From assembly GCF_036321535.1 (NCBI RefSeq), contig NC_087437.1, positions 49,788,001-49,852,000 on the forward strand: a DNA stretch of 64,000 bases, in the 5' to 3' direction. The position numbers and the translations under genes were made by a program. Origin of the DNA: Camelus dromedarius (Eukaryota). How positions within the stretch are numbered: position 1 is the stretch's first letter; the number at the start of each line of letters is the position of its first letter. Below the pieces are notes generated by a model, which ran no database searches, was not told where the DNA came from, and saw only the letters and a program-made list of their open reading frames with translations. Positions 62,801-64,000 of the stretch are shown in pieces.

Positions 62801-63759
62801 CATGTCTTTGGGTGGTTGCTAACAGTAAAAGCTTTGTCTTTTGAGTATGTTATATTCCAAAGTACTGCCCAGAAAATTTAGGATGCAGTTCTCTTTCATT
62901 CTATGTAAAATACTTTTTCAATGCAAAAGAACGTGGATTTGCATAAGATTAGAAGAGGGACTCACAGCAATTACCAGTCAAATTCCTCTAGTGGTGAGAG
63001 CCACAGTCTGGGAGCCTTGTGAGTTTGATTCTAAATTCAGATTTGCACTGCTCTATGCTTCCAATCTCCCAATTAAGTCTAAACACTCAATACTAAGAAA
63101 CTTGGCACCCTCTAAAAAGCCCACTGAGTTTCCAGAGAGGGTGGGAGGGATGGTAAGGTAGGAGGTGAGCAGAAAGCAAAAGAAGCCTCCCCAAATGATT
63201 TTTTTTCCCCTTGAACAACATTATTTAATACAGTGTTCTTCTACTCCTCATCCTTCATTTTGTGGCCCCCTTTTCTTGCCCATAACTGGAGGAAAGAGGG
63301 GTCTAGGGCAAGAAAACAGCACTTTTAAAGAAAGAGGAATTTCTGTTCTCTTTCCTTTGCAGCAAAGAACTCCTCGGACTGAAAGTTGGTAACATTTATA
63401 TTTCCAAGTCTTGCTTCTGCTAGTCCTCTTTAGTTTTACAGGCTGTTTGGCTTCATAAAATATAATAGTGGTTTTATAAATCTTAAAACAAAAAAGCAGC
63501 AAAGTCTGCCCAATTTCCAAATCTTCATTTAAATGCAAAAAACATGAGGGCATAGTATTCATTCATCATTAATGGATCTAAATTATTAAGGGTTTAAGAG
63601 TAGATTTAATTGGGGGAAAAAAAACTTTTATACAGTTATATATGGTCAAAAGGAAAGCTGAGAGATCACATGGGAGGGTAGATTTTTAATTTGAAAAGTT
63701 GGCAGTAAGCATGGACCTTCTCAGCTATGTTCACAATAATCTGTCAAATGGGAAAGGGG

Positions 63760-63990
63760 CAGACCACAGCTGTCAGTAAAGGGCATGAGGTTTGTTATCA
63801 GATAGGCATGGATTCTACTCTTGGTTCTTAAAAGCTGCTGATCTTGGGAAGATTCCTTTAGCTTTCTAAGTGTTTCCTCATCTGTAAAATGGAGATGAGG
63901 ATGCTGATGATAACATTTTGCAAGCAGGTTTGTTGTAAAGATTATATTTTCAATCATATATGTAAAACCGTTTGTAAACTATAATTCACC
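63760..63990 (+). mobile_element. MIR SINE
   Basis: TGATCTTGGGAAG..GTTTCCTCATCTGTAAAATGG..GGTTTGTTGTAAAGATTA..TATGTAAAAC..TTTGTAAACT. Confidence 0.85.
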
Positions 63991-64000
63991 AGGAAATTAT

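Noticed and set aside
1..64000. CRISPR arrays, operons, prokaryotic or viral systems, known miRNA/snoRNA genes
   Set aside because: The sequence is mammalian, there are no regularly spaced repeats or gene-dense ORFs, and I recognised no known small RNA; an Rfam/miRBase scan would be needed to exclude small RNAs fully

Overview
Non-coding mammalian genomic DNA, either intergenic or deep in an intron of a large gene. It is CpG-depleted, has no CpG island, and contains no ORF resembling a protein I recognise. A Vic-1-type tRNA-Ala-derived SINE with a perfect 17-bp target-site duplication (TSD) and short lineage-specific L1 3' ends point to a camelid (alpaca/llama/camel). A large part of the window is ancient interspersed repeat: about 30 MIR/MIR3 copies, several L2 and L3/CR1 fragments, L1M pieces, three MaLR (MLT1) LTRs and one MER45A hAT element, plus microsatellites. 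The repeat-free stretches carry motif clusters that look like enhancers. The strongest is a GATA/RUNX/ETS/E-box cluster at about 58.1-58.6 kb; others are a nuclear-receptor/FOXA cluster at about 49.1-49.4 kb, a CpG-retaining UPRE/STAT/FOX block at about 23 kb, and CTCF-like sites. There are possible non-coding exons at about 8.2-8.8 kb. I could not identify the host locus and I find no evidence for a novel multi-gene system. Repeat family names come from recalled consensus sequences, and boundaries are approximate unless a TSD is given.
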